Below, one piece after another: positions 18,958 to 29,054 of a DNA stretch of 64,000 bases; position 1 is the first letter of the stretch; each line of letters starts with the position of its first letter. A program made the translations under genes and the position numbers. A model generated the notes under the pieces. It was given only the letters and a program-made list of their open reading frames with translations, was not told where the DNA came from and ran no database searches. The DNA is taken from the IMG/VR virus record IMGVR_UViG_3300024239_000014, positions 185,641 through 249,640 of that record; one strand, 5' to 3'.

Positions 18958-20202
18958 TTAAAACGACGAGGGGGCTTTGCCCAGCTGGTAGGCCTTGAGT
19001 ACTTCAGCGATGTCCGGACCACCGCCTTTGCTGGCGCCTTTCAGCTCGCGCAAGTGCAGTGTGGTGGGGACATCAAAACCGCGATGGTACACGGTGACCA
19101 TCTCGTACTCGGTGTCGACGATGAACATCAACATCGACATAGTGGCCTTAAAGACCTGCATCCGGGTGGACGCATTGTCGATCGGGCTACCGATTTCCAT
19201 TTCAGCGCGCTTGGCCGTTTCTTTGGTGAACATGATCACCGCAGACGAGGTGGCCAGTGACGGTTCGCCGGTAATGGCGGCCGTCTTCACGCCGGCGCCG
19301 CTGCGCACCAACTGGTCGGCATAAAAGCCGGACTTGTCGTTCGCGAGTACCTTGGTGTGCTTGTCCACGATGTCCTGCATGAACACCAAATCCCGCCAGA
19401 ACTTCAGTTCACCCGAGCGATAACCGTGCCAGCGCTCTTTAAAGGTGTACTGACGGTTGTGGAGGCTAAGGATATGAACGACACTATCCTGGTCGGCAGT
19501 GCCTACCATCATGGTGATCATCACAGGGATTGTGGCCGACTGGCCATTCTGGCTGATGGTCACTTCGAGGATCTTGCCCACGCCGAGGTTGTTATTCTCG
19601 TTGATGGATACGATCGCATCTTTGTACTTCTGACCCGGCTCAACGCGAGTGGGCTTCTTGTCGTCTTTGTCGTCCTTGACGACGGTGGCGTTGCCTTTGC
19701 CGTCGTCTTCCAGTTGGTTGGTAATCGGATTCATCCGAAAACCTTCAGAAGAAAACGTGGCGGTTGCAGCCGACGGCAGGCCCAGCTTGAACGTTTCCAT
19801 ATTCAAGGTGCCGGTACCAACCAATTCTTCGGAAGCCATGCTCAGCCGACGTTTCAGGCGGCCAGCAGCAGCGCCGGGATTACGGTCAGGATTCAAACGA
19901 TCCAGAACTTCAAGCACGGCAACGCCCGACACCGAGGTGACCAACGATACGGCACGCAGATAGTAGCTGGAATAAATCGAACATGCGGTGTGCAGCAGAT
20001 CGTTGCTGTAGCTGGCGCCACGCAGCGCTTCTTCCATCAACACGCGCACACCCACCCGGGTAGAGCTGGTGAACTCGGACAGCGAACCGCTGTTGGACAT
20101 GCCGTGCAATGCAGCACCGGCGTTTGACGCCGCATGTGAAGCTACTTGAGTAGCATGATGCGCCGCAGCCGTCAGTAACGGTGTGACAAATGGATCGGCC
20201 AT
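18958..20202 (-). CDS. head/inner-body protein (phiKZ gp89-like)
   Basis: Likelier start MADPF at 20202 (GAGG). GKILEVTI and SGELKFWRDLVF motifs; ASEE/SSEG processing-type sites. Confidence 0.65.
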   Translation of the reverse strand: MADPFVTPLLTAAAHHATQVASHAASNAGAALHGMSNSGSLSEFTSSTRVGVRVLMEEALRGASYSNDLLHTACSIYSSYYLRAVSLVTSVSGVAVLEVLDRLNPDRNPGAAAGRLKRRLSMASEELVGTGTLNMETFKLGLPSAATATFSSEGFRMNPITNQLEDDGKGNATVVKDDKDDKKPTRVEPGQKYKDAIVSINENNNLGVGKILEVTISQNGQSATIPVMITMMVGTADQDSVVHILSLHNRQYTFKERWHGYRSGELKFWRDLVFMQDIVDKHTKVLANDKSGFYADQLVRSGAGVKTAAITGEPSLATSSAVIMFTKETAKRAEMEIGSPIDNASTRMQVFKATMSMLMFIVDTEYEMVTVYHRGFDVPTTLHLRELKGASKGGGPDIAEVLKAYQLGKAPSSF

Positions 20203-20226
20203 ATTCTTTTCCTCGCGAGGTAAAAC

Positions 20227-21351
20227 ATGTCTGGACAAAAAGACGGAATGACTTTCAATAACGGTCTGTTGCTGGGCCCAGCAATTGACAAGCCGCTTGA
20301 TTGGATCGATATCCTATCCCGTGAAAGCGGCATCAGCCAATACACCATGGCTCACGTTGAATCGATGGCCGGGATCAACGTACACGGTTACGGCAGTACC
20401 GTTCCTCAGAACACTGACAACCAAGGGCTTGTATTATTCACACGCCCCATGATGAATTTGTCATACGATAACTTGTCATCAATCCGTGAGTTAACGCCGT
20501 TGTTAACACCGAGACGCGACACTTATCAGTACTACATCCGGGAACTGTTGGATTCCAGTCGCCAGAACCAACCCAGAGGGGTGACCGATACGCAAGAACA
20601 GTTAAATGCTGACTTTGGCGAATCGTTGTTTTTGGATCGACGGATGCCCTTCATACCGATCTTAACCAACCACCTGAAATCCATGTCGGGTTGGCCAGAT
20701 TGGGTCATGGGGACATATACTTCAGCACAGGGTATTCGGCAGGAAGAATACTCGTTTGCTGATGGTCCGAAGAAGATCTACAACACCTGGTCAGCGACTT
20801 GCAACTTCCGCAACGTGCAGGGTGATCCGATTACCCAGCTCTTTGGCGTCTGGCATTTCTACATGGGCGCGGTGTACGATGGGACCATGGTTCCTTACCC
20901 ACAGGCGATTGCTAGAAACTACATCGACTACAATACAGCCATCTGGCGTCTGGTGCTTAATGAAGACCGGACGATTGTGACTGGCATCGCTAAAACCATT
21001 GCATTCCCGACCACGGTACCGAAGGGTGCCCGATACAACTACGATAACAGTCAATCGCGAATCGGTGAACACGACGAAATCAGTATTAATTTTCAGTGCA
21101 TGGGTGCTGAATATGATGATCCGATTTTGTTCGAGGAATTCAATGCGACCGTAGCAGCCTTTAATGGCGATATGGTTACCGGTAGACGTGAGAAGGCTCT
21201 TCAGAAATTGACGGTGGACGAATACAACCGTTATCTGAAGTATTCCGGTTATCCGTATATCGATCCACTAACTCAGGAACTCTCCTGGTGGGTTGAAAAG
21301 GACAAATACCGTCGTCTGATTGGTGGGCGCATTGTGCAGTCGGTTCGATAA
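20227..21351 (+). CDS. virion tail/baseplate protein (phiKZ gp88-like)
   Basis: 374 aa; LFTRPMMNLS and SMSGWPD motifs; divergent from the gp89-like gene. Confidence 0.6.
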   Translation: MSGQKDGMTFNNGLLLGPAIDKPLDWIDILSRESGISQYTMAHVESMAGINVHGYGSTVPQNTDNQGLVLFTRPMMNLSYDNLSSIRELTPLLTPRRDTYQYYIRELLDSSRQNQPRGVTDTQEQLNADFGESLFLDRRMPFIPILTNHLKSMSGWPDWVMGTYTSAQGIRQEEYSFADGPKKIYNTWSATCNFRNVQGDPITQLFGVWHFYMGAVYDGTMVPYPQAIARNYIDYNTAIWRLVLNEDRTIVTGIAKTIAFPTTVPKGARYNYDNSQSRIGEHDEISINFQCMGAEYDDPILFEEFNATVAAFNGDMVTGRREKALQKLTVDEYNRYLKYSGYPYIDPLTQELSWWVEKDKYRRLIGGRIVQSVR

Positions 21352-21369
21352 CCCAAAGAAGGTGGTTAC

Positions 21370-24249
21370 ATGAGTTTATCCATTGATGCCTGGGCTGCAG
21401 AAATCGCGCAGCTACGTCGAGACCCGACGGCAGTACAACGTATCGTCTTGCAGCGTATCTCCGAAGCTGTAAACGGTGAATTTGATATCGTCAGCGCCAG
21501 CACCCCGTTTGTTGCTTTGCTGGAGTCGACTACAGCATTGTCACTGGCGGCTATGACTGAGCACGAAAACATCCTGCAAGCCATGTACCCAAAATTGGCA
21601 CGGACGGAAGACGAGCTCTACCGACACATGTCGGACGTGGACTACGTCGGCCGGTTTGCCACCCCCGGTAAGGCTGTGTTCTCCATCGCCATGTTGGTCG
21701 CTGAGATCAAAGATAAGGCAGTGGCCGTGCCGGACAGCAATGTTCGTAAACTGGTCATTCCGCGTCATACCTTCTTCACCATTGCTGGCTACATCTTTAC
21801 CATGCAGTACCCGATTGAAATTCGGGTGATGCCGCACGGTGGGTTGCAGGTGGTCTATAACGTTGAAAAGCCTAGCCCGCTTTACGTGCCGTCCAGCAAC
21901 GTTGTTAATGCAGCGGTGAACAAGACGACATATGGCGAAATGTTGGTCATGGAGTTCCCGGTCGATCAGTTCGAAATCACCAGCATCCAACAGCCACTGT
22001 CGGTGGCTACTGGATTTGTGCGTGAATACGATCTGCAGGATCAGTACTACTACTGTCGGGCTTTCCAGTCGCTTGATGGGAAGACTTGGAAGGAATGCAC
22101 TACCACGCACAGCGCGTTGGTGTACGACCCCTTTGATCTGACAGTAGTGTTGAAGCTTGTTGGCAATAAGCTCAAGGTATCGATCCCACACATTTACTTT
22201 AGTAATGGTAAAGCGTCCGGCGTGTTGCGTCTGGACATCTACACCACCAAAGGATCGATCAACCTCGTCTTTGACGATTACCAAGGCAACGACTTTGTTG
22301 CCACCTGGGTGGACTACGATAACGACGAGAATGGTGTTTACACTGCACCGCTTTCAACCTTTGCCAATATGTCGGTCTGGTCTGATGTGCCGGCAGTGGG
22401 CGGTACCAACGGCATCGACTTCACAGCGCTACGGGAACGTGTCATCAAGAATGGCACTAAGACCGGTAAGCCGATCACCGGAAGCCAATTGGAAGTGGAG
22501 TTGGCGAATCGCGGGTACTTGATGGTCAAAAACATTGACCACATCACACGTCGTGTATATTTGGCTACCCGGTCACTGCCGAAACCGCGGAACAACAACC
22601 TGTACGCTGGTGCTAATGCAGCGGTGGATATGTTGGCTGCGAAGATGGCGGACTTGGCTTTGCTACCTACGGTACGCGACAACGGCCTGCGGATTACCAT
22701 CGAACCAGGAACACTGTTCAAGTACGAAGAAGGTAAAGTCGCTATCGTCGGCGTAGTTGAACGCGGTGAATTGTTGGCCGCTTCGGCCGAAGCACGTGCT
22801 AACCTCGTCAACGTTCGTGACTATGTCTTCACACCGTTCCACTATGTCATGGACAGCTCGGATAACAGCTTCGACTGTCGTGGCTACTACCTGGATAATC
22901 CAACCATCACCCGGCGACTGATGGTGGAAGAAAACGACACAGCCGAAATTGAAGTCAGTACCGGGTCGTACAGCGTGGAACGCACTGACACCGGGTATCG
23001 ACTCTTGGTGGTGACGACTTCGGGTAAAAGTTACCAGGACCTGCGTGACGACCAGGCTCATTGTCAATTGTCGTTCATTCCGGTAGGCGAGTCCACACGG
23101 GCTTATCTGACCGGTACGTTGATCGGCAAGAACGGAAGTGAGCGAGTCTTCTCGTTTAACTTGGCCTCTTCGATGGACATCGACCGGGACAACAACATTG
23201 TCCTGCGTTCGTTCAAGATGTTCGATGAAACACCAGACCCGTTTGCCATCGCACTGGAAGGCGAGTTCGATCTCGTACACCTGGTGTCTCAACTCTCCAG
23301 CAGCTTCTATAAACCGTCTGCCATTGACGAGCTGGTCAGAGACCAGGCTAACTTGCCAGTGAATGTTCGCGGCGTCATCCACGAACGTTTGACGGTGAAA
23401 TTCGGTACCACGCTCAATCATCTGTGGAGTAATTCACGGACGGTGGTTGGAGAAAACGATTACCTGCGCTACGCCGCTGACGTACCGTTACTGTATACCC
23501 AGAACGAATACGAACGCGATCCAATGACTCAGGCAATCGTCATTCCGCTGAATTTGCTGCACGCCAAAGACGATCCAGTGATGGCAGACGGCCAACCTGT
23601 CATGAAACACCGGGTCGGTGAAATCAAGCTCGATGCTTCTGGTGAACCAATTCTACTTAATCCGCGCAGCCTGGTGCGGCAGGTGGATTTGTTCTTCCTG
23701 GAAGGCCCGTTCTTGTTTGCCACCACCGCCAACGACGTGGCTTACCGTCGCCAGGTCGCTGAACAGGTGATTGCGTTTTTGAACGAAGACATCGCTGCAC
23801 TATCCAGCGACTTGCTTGAAGAGACGGAGCTGTACTACTACCCGAAACGGACACTAGGGCGTACCAAAGTGTTGGTGGAAAACAATACTCCGGTATACAT
23901 TCCAGCTACATTGGCGTTTAAGGTACGGTTCTACTTGAGAGCGAGTGTGTATAGCAACCAGGCCCTGCGTAACAGTTTGGCTGATACTGCTAAACGTGTT
24001 ATCGCTGAACAGTTGCAGAAACGCACAGTGAGCTTGACGGAGATCAGCAGTGCTATTCGTGATGCCTTGGGCAGCGATGTCGTACCGCTGGACGTGTTTG
24101 GGTTGGAAGAAGCAGGTGGGATCACCACTTACACGGTCTACGACGACAGTGCGCATTGCAGCATCAAACGGAAGCTGCAGCTCCTGCCGGATGGAACCTT
24201 GCAGGTGGTCGATGACATCACAGTGGAATTCATTCGTCACGGCGAATAA
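21370..24249 (+). CDS. large virion baseplate-type protein (phiKZ gp87-like)
   Basis: 959 aa; ASTPFVALLE and LYRHMSDVDY motifs; synteny. Confidence 0.65.
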   Translation: MSLSIDAWAAEIAQLRRDPTAVQRIVLQRISEAVNGEFDIVSASTPFVALLESTTALSLAAMTEHENILQAMYPKLARTEDELYRHMSDVDYVGRFATPGKAVFSIAMLVAEIKDKAVAVPDSNVRKLVIPRHTFFTIAGYIFTMQYPIEIRVMPHGGLQVVYNVEKPSPLYVPSSNVVNAAVNKTTYGEMLVMEFPVDQFEITSIQQPLSVATGFVREYDLQDQYYYCRAFQSLDGKTWKECTTTHSALVYDPFDLTVVLKLVGNKLKVSIPHIYFSNGKASGVLRLDIYTTKGSINLVFDDYQGNDFVATWVDYDNDENGVYTAPLSTFANMSVWSDVPAVGGTNGIDFTALRERVIKNGTKTGKPITGSQLEVELANRGYLMVKNIDHITRRVYLATRSLPKPRNNNLYAGANAAVDMLAAKMADLALLPTVRDNGLRITIEPGTLFKYEEGKVAIVGVVERGELLAASAEARANLVNVRDYVFTPFHYVMDSSDNSFDCRGYYLDNPTITRRLMVEENDTAEIEVSTGSYSVERTDTGYRLLVVTTSGKSYQDLRDDQAHCQLSFIPVGESTRAYLTGTLIGKNGSERVFSFNLASSMDIDRDNNIVLRSFKMFDETPDPFAIALEGEFDLVHLVSQLSSSFYKPSAIDELVRDQANLPVNVRGVIHERLTVKFGTTLNHLWSNSRTVVGENDYLRYAADVPLLYTQNEYERDPMTQAIVIPLNLLHAKDDPVMADGQPVMKHRVGEIKLDASGEPILLNPRSLVRQVDLFFLEGPFLFATTANDVAYRRQVAEQVIAFLNEDIAALSSDLLEETELYYYPKRTLGRTKVLVENNTPVYIPATLAFKVRFYLRASVYSNQALRNSLADTAKRVIAEQLQKRTVSLTEISSAIRDALGSDVVPLDVFGLEEAGGITTYTVYDDSAHCSIKRKLQLLPDGTLQVVDDITVEFIRHGE

Positions 24250-24253
24250 TACA

Positions 24254-24298
24254 CGTCATAGCGGGAGGGCTTTCGCCCTCCCGCTTATTCCCGCATAG
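24254..24298. terminator. bidirectional terminator
   Basis: GCGGGAGGGC-TTTC-GCCCTCCCGC; - strand tail TATGACG. Confidence 0.75.
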
Positions 24299-24318
24299 CT
24301 GCTGCAGTCGTTTTACCG

Positions 24319-25563
24319 TTACTTGTTGCGGTAGGACACCATCACAAGTTCGTAAAAATCATCAAAAATTTCGGAAATATAATTCCCGGCGAACTTGATT
24401 GCATGAAGCGACAGATTGACGTCTTTGATGATCGCGCTGATATCCGCAGATTTCAGCGTAGATGTGCTGGTCTTGTCGGCTTCTGCTACCAATCTGTCAA
24501 GGGTGCCGTAGATCTTCTCGATCGAGTTGCCAAACACAGTGCCCCAATTCTCAAGGATACCTGACATCTGACGCAGGAGACCTGCGTAGATAAGCACATC
24601 AGCCATTTCGAGATAAGGAACTTCGCCCTTTTTAGTGTAGTCAGTCCAGTGAACCTTGCCGTCTTTGGTGTACACGATGCTTGGCTGGCCCGGCAGTTCT
24701 TTGGACATCCGCTCGGGAATGGCGAAGTAGATGATGTCATCATCGCCTTTCCACTGGCGCTTTCCTTCAACTGCCGATTGAATGTTGGCCACCATCTCCA
24801 TCATAAACGTTATTGCACCATACTTTCCGTCGGTACAAAACCTGTGCGTCAAATCGACGAGCGCTGCCAGCGAAGACTGGTATTTCGATTTTTGAACACC
24901 ACCAATGTACTTGACGGGGTGCATCTTTGGCTCGCTTTTGCCGCCGAACCATTCCATTGAAACCGACTTACCTTTGGAGGCCAGAACTTCATCCAACTTC
25001 AGTCTGCGTTCAGCAGCTTTGGTCGAAATCCGTTTTGCAAAGTCGGCAATCTTGCTGACCAGGTCTTTCATGAAAGTACCGAGCCGTGCAAAACTATTTT
25101 TCAAGGTATCGACAAGCGACTCGAGTGCCACTTCAACTTTCTTGGTGGTCTCAGTCAGAGACTCCAGAGCTAATTGAGAAGCAGCCAACGACCCTTCGGT
25201 GGTGGTGAACGATTCCATTGCCGGAGCCTGAGGGCGTGCCAGGCCAATCAGCTTGTAATGGGCAGTCACAGCAGAATCGTGCAAGGCCATTTCCAGTGCG
25301 GTGTAACCGCGACCGGATTGGATCGTACTTTCCAGCGCCAAGGCCAACGACTCGAGTGCTTGGACGGACTCGGTGGTTGTATCGTGTTCTGTGACAGCTT
25401 TGTCGATTTCATTGACTTCAGCTACAACCTGTTCGGCCAATGTAGCATCAGCATCCAAAGGCTGTTCTTCGACTGGGTCGGTAGCAACCGGAGCAGTAGG
25501 TGCGGCGACATCATCCGATTCCAAAGCGATATTGGACAGAAGTTGTCTGAGCAAAGTAGCCAT
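24319..25563 (-). CDS. internal head protein with cleavable propeptide
   Basis: 414 aa; repeated ALES/AMES sites in the first ~150 aa. Confidence 0.7.
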   Translation of the reverse strand: MATLLRQLLSNIALESDDVAAPTAPVATDPVEEQPLDADATLAEQVVAEVNEIDKAVTEHDTTTESVQALESLALALESTIQSGRGYTALEMALHDSAVTAHYKLIGLARPQAPAMESFTTTEGSLAASQLALESLTETTKKVEVALESLVDTLKNSFARLGTFMKDLVSKIADFAKRISTKAAERRLKLDEVLASKGKSVSMEWFGGKSEPKMHPVKYIGGVQKSKYQSSLAALVDLTHRFCTDGKYGAITFMMEMVANIQSAVEGKRQWKGDDDIIYFAIPERMSKELPGQPSIVYTKDGKVHWTDYTKKGEVPYLEMADVLIYAGLLRQMSGILENWGTVFGNSIEKIYGTLDRLVAEADKTSTSTLKSADISAIIKDVNLSLHAIKFAGNYISEIFDDFYELVMVSYRNK

Positions 25564-25599
25564 ATTCTGGATTCCTTCATTGTTCAGTGAAATGGGTCG

Positions 25600-27156
25600 T
25601 TACCGACCCAATCGAGAAGTACGAGCCGCGGCATGTGCCTCGCGATGTCGTTCCAAGATGGTACGCAATTCTTCATGCAATTCAGGTTCATCGCGCAAAG
25701 CTACCGACATCGCCTGGATAACGGCACGCTGACCACGTTCGATCGTTTTAAGAACGAACATCAGATCAGCCTGCACCCGACGAATCATGGTAACAGCTTT
25801 GGTGATCATCATCACATCAGATTGCAGCCAGCGCATCCCGGTCATTACCGTATTGACGTAAACCTGGATGTCCAACGAGGTATCATCTGGTACAGTCAGC
25901 TTTTCGGTCAAACGTTCAATGTGGCGGTTCAGGTCTTTCACACGAGCTTCAGGTGATGCGACGTAACGAAACCCGTCCAAGGAACGACCCAAACGAACAA
26001 AGATCTCCGACAGGAGGGTTTTGTTTCGATAAGTTTCTTCCTTCAACAACGCCGTCGTCGACAGCAAACGGCGCGTCATGACGCTCTCATCCAGAGTCTT
26101 AGTCAGACGTGCTGCCAGGAACTTCCCGGACGTTTCACAAGTCTCGGTGTAGGTTGCCGGATCTACCACGCACGGATCGCTCAAGGTTGACAACATCCCG
26201 TACGGATTGGACTTCAGCAAGAAGTTACGGTCAACCACCGCACCGCCGTACTGATCAATCATCCGGAACAGAGGCGCACATACCTGGCCGAACATCAGGA
26301 TGCCGGTATTGGTATCCAAGGCCACCGGACCGTGTTCGCGCGCTCTCACCAGGAACTTATCGACACGCCCTTCGGCATTATCGATTTCGTTGATCGCGCG
26401 AGAAAACAGGTTGGTAGGCGCATCGTCAAAACTGGTCATCTTGATCAGCGCTTTGACCATCTCGAGCGAGTCGTTGCAGAGCTTCGGCATTTCAGTAGGG
26501 TCAAGGGCTGCCACTACCGGCTGAGTCAGGCGCTCATAAAGCGGTTCCAGGATCAAGTCCTTGTACAGCTTTGATACCGCGCCGGCATCGAGGTGAACCT
26601 TGGCTGCAGTTTGCGCTGCTACGAACTCGGTAGCTTCGACCGCGGCTTCGCTGGCGGTGGTGACTTGCGCCACCGCTTCAGGCAATGCTTTATCGGCACC
26701 AAAGGTTCTGCGCAGGAAGTCCATCAGCCAGTTCCAGCAGCGTTTGATAAACGTTACAACAGCCTCAAGACCTTTCTTGAATGTCCGTTTAATGGACTCC
26801 AACACCGACTCCAGGGTCACAACCTGGTTAGTGGGCGACGGAAGGACCGTAAAACCATTTGGCGGACAGCGTTCTGGCAGGCTGCCTGGATCAAGGGACT
26901 CCAGGGCTAACGCAGCAGAACGACTCGCACCTTTGGCTTGAACGTCGGCACGAATGGTCAGCAATGAGGCCACAGTCGCTTCAAGTGCCAGTAGCTCACG
27001 ACCGACATCCAGAGACTCCAGAGCGGTCAGTTCATTCTGCTCTGCTGCTTGCTGGGTTTCAACATCGAGATTGGTTTCCGCCACAGGTGCTACCGTAGCG
27101 GGGAGTCGTGCCTGTTTGGCGGCAGCCAGTGCCGCTTCGACATCAATTGCCGACAT
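25600..27156 (-). CDS. internal head protein with cleavable propeptide
   Basis: 518 aa; ALES x2 and TLES, then KRCWNWLMDF helix. Confidence 0.7.
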   Translation of the reverse strand: MSAIDVEAALAAAKQARLPATVAPVAETNLDVETQQAAEQNELTALESLDVGRELLALEATVASLLTIRADVQAKGASRSAALALESLDPGSLPERCPPNGFTVLPSPTNQVVTLESVLESIKRTFKKGLEAVVTFIKRCWNWLMDFLRRTFGADKALPEAVAQVTTASEAAVEATEFVAAQTAAKVHLDAGAVSKLYKDLILEPLYERLTQPVVAALDPTEMPKLCNDSLEMVKALIKMTSFDDAPTNLFSRAINEIDNAEGRVDKFLVRAREHGPVALDTNTGILMFGQVCAPLFRMIDQYGGAVVDRNFLLKSNPYGMLSTLSDPCVVDPATYTETCETSGKFLAARLTKTLDESVMTRRLLSTTALLKEETYRNKTLLSEIFVRLGRSLDGFRYVASPEARVKDLNRHIERLTEKLTVPDDTSLDIQVYVNTVMTGMRWLQSDVMMITKAVTMIRRVQADLMFVLKTIERGQRAVIQAMSVALRDEPELHEELRTILERHREAHAAARTSRLGR

Positions 27157-27170
27157 GGTACACTCCTTGG

Positions 27171-27638
27171 TTACTCAGATGCGGGTTCGCAAGCCTCAGC
27201 GGCCAGGAAGCACTGGAAGACGTCCTGCATCTTCAAAGTCAGATCGACGTTGGTGAACAGATCACGGTAGTCGAAACCAAATTCGGCTTCATGACTGGCG
27301 TTGAACAAAGCGTCAGCGAACTTGTGGTCGGCTACCGTCAACGGATTGAATACCAAGGCCAGCCGCAGCTTCCATACGAAAGCCACACCATCTTGGGTGC
27401 GGATGAAATCGAATGGTACAACTTCGACCAACTGGTTAAGGATACCATCGACCAGTGGGGCGATGTTTTCATCGTAGTACTGCTGGCGAGATTCAGGACA
27501 CATCGTCGGAATCGGTGCAGCAAAACCGAGCAGCTTGGCCAGCAGGAACGATACACTGCGAGCAGCCTGATCCATCGGTACGCTGCCTTTGATGGTACGC
27601 ATTGCAGCAGCGAGTTTCTGAATGTCAAAATTCAACAT
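27171..27638 (-). CDS. hypothetical virion-region protein (155 aa)
   Basis: GAGG RBS; operon position. Confidence 0.6.
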   Translation of the reverse strand: MLNFDIQKLAAAMRTIKGSVPMDQAARSVSFLLAKLLGFAAPIPTMCPESRQQYYDENIAPLVDGILNQLVEVVPFDFIRTQDGVAFVWKLRLALVFNPLTVADHKFADALFNASHEAEFGFDYRDLFTNVDLTLKMQDVFQCFLAAEACEPASE

Positions 27639-27675
27639 GTACTAATCCTCAAAAAGAAAAAGGGAGGTAGGGCGA

Positions 27676-28980
27676 TTACTCGCCCCGATGGAAGAGGGAA
27701 TTGGCTGAACTGAAGAGACGGTTATTGGCCATTTCTTCGATCAACTGCATGGTTGTCATGCGCGCCCGCTGCTGACGGATGCGTTTAGAAAACATGGAGA
27801 ACAGTCGTTCCTGGAAGGACTTGTGGTTCAGCATTTCCGCATCCATCTGTTCCATCAACTGGATTTGACGTTCCAGAGATTTGCGGTACTCTTTGTCCAG
27901 TTCCAGGTTCTTGGATGCATCGATCAGCTCACGTTTGATACGTGCAATGCGATCTTTGGACGTATCGTAAACACCGCCGAGCGGGTCGCTGGAAAAGTAC
28001 AGCAGGATGATGATAATCCCGAGTACCGGTACTGCCAGACCAAGCCATGTAGTGAATAGATAAGTCATTGCCGATGCGAAGTTGTAGTGGAAGGATGAAT
28101 GAAATGCCTCATCACCGCACATCTTAAAGATTTTGTACAAACCCTTGGCCAGATGTTCGCCAGCACCCTGTCGGGTGGCAAACTGGTCGGCGGCGGCTTC
28201 ACAGCTACGCGAGTCGTAGGTAATGGTACCAGTAGCGGAAATGCGTTTGTCACGACGCTTAGTCACCACGTCAACGTAGACGACCTTTTCGTCGTTGCAA
28301 TCGGCCAGCGCCTTGGCTTCGTTGGCGTCAATGTCGATTCCCAATGACTGATAACCGTTCTGGATGAGCTCCATTTTAACGGCAATGTCAGAGGTTTTCA
28401 TCACCTGGGTTACCATCGCATGAGCGATGACGTTGGTGGTGTAAAGCTCAGCAGCGAATTCAAGGGTGGTAAAGGCATGACCGATTTCATGCATCGCCAC
28501 CGCCGCCACCTCATCGGCAGTCAGACCAGCTTCGAAAAGCTCGGTGCCGAGACACCAGGAAATTTCCAGCTTCGAAAAAATCCCCGAGACACGACCCGTC
28601 TTGAGGTTGACTTCACCGGCTTCTTTCAGCTTCTTTTGGGCAAGTCTGATCGCATCGTCACCGGTACTGTGGTCGTACACATCCATCGAGAAAATGTGGT
28701 TCGCCGTCATGTCGGGGCAAAACACATAAGCATTCACAATCGGTTCAAATTTCACTTTGAACTTCATGCCGGTATACTTTTCGATGGTCTGGTCGAGATC
28801 CAGTGCATACCAGTCTTTGAGCGAAGACTTGGACGAAACTGATGAAAGTTTTTTCACCATTTCTTTGAAAAAAGGCGATTGCACCTGATGAGCAATTGCT
28901 TCGGTCGACATCGTCAGGGACTTCTCGATCGTCGCCTGCGGGATGTTAATCAGGTCTGCCAAAAGTGCAGAGCGAGTCAT
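27676..28980 (-). CDS. Zn-metalloprotease-like (M48-type motifs) membrane protein
   Basis: Likelier start MTRSALL at 28980. HEIGH, EAAADQFA...G...LAKGL, TM segment WLGLAVPVLGIIIILLYF, YDTSKDRI. Confidence 0.6.
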   Translation of the reverse strand: MTRSALLADLINIPQATIEKSLTMSTEAIAHQVQSPFFKEMVKKLSSVSSKSSLKDWYALDLDQTIEKYTGMKFKVKFEPIVNAYVFCPDMTANHIFSMDVYDHSTGDDAIRLAQKKLKEAGEVNLKTGRVSGIFSKLEISWCLGTELFEAGLTADEVAAVAMHEIGHAFTTLEFAAELYTTNVIAHAMVTQVMKTSDIAVKMELIQNGYQSLGIDIDANEAKALADCNDEKVVYVDVVTKRRDKRISATGTITYDSRSCEAAADQFATRQGAGEHLAKGLYKIFKMCGDEAFHSSFHYNFASAMTYLFTTWLGLAVPVLGIIIILLYFSSDPLGGVYDTSKDRIARIKRELIDASKNLELDKEYRKSLERQIQLMEQMDAEMLNHKSFQERLFSMFSKRIRQQRARMTTMQLIEEMANNRLFSSANSLFHRGE

Positions 28981-29054
28981 GTAAGCCCCCTTCGGAGTGC
29001 AGAAGAATAAAAGTTTACTCGTCATATGGATAGTATGTTTTAAGGAGGTTTCGC

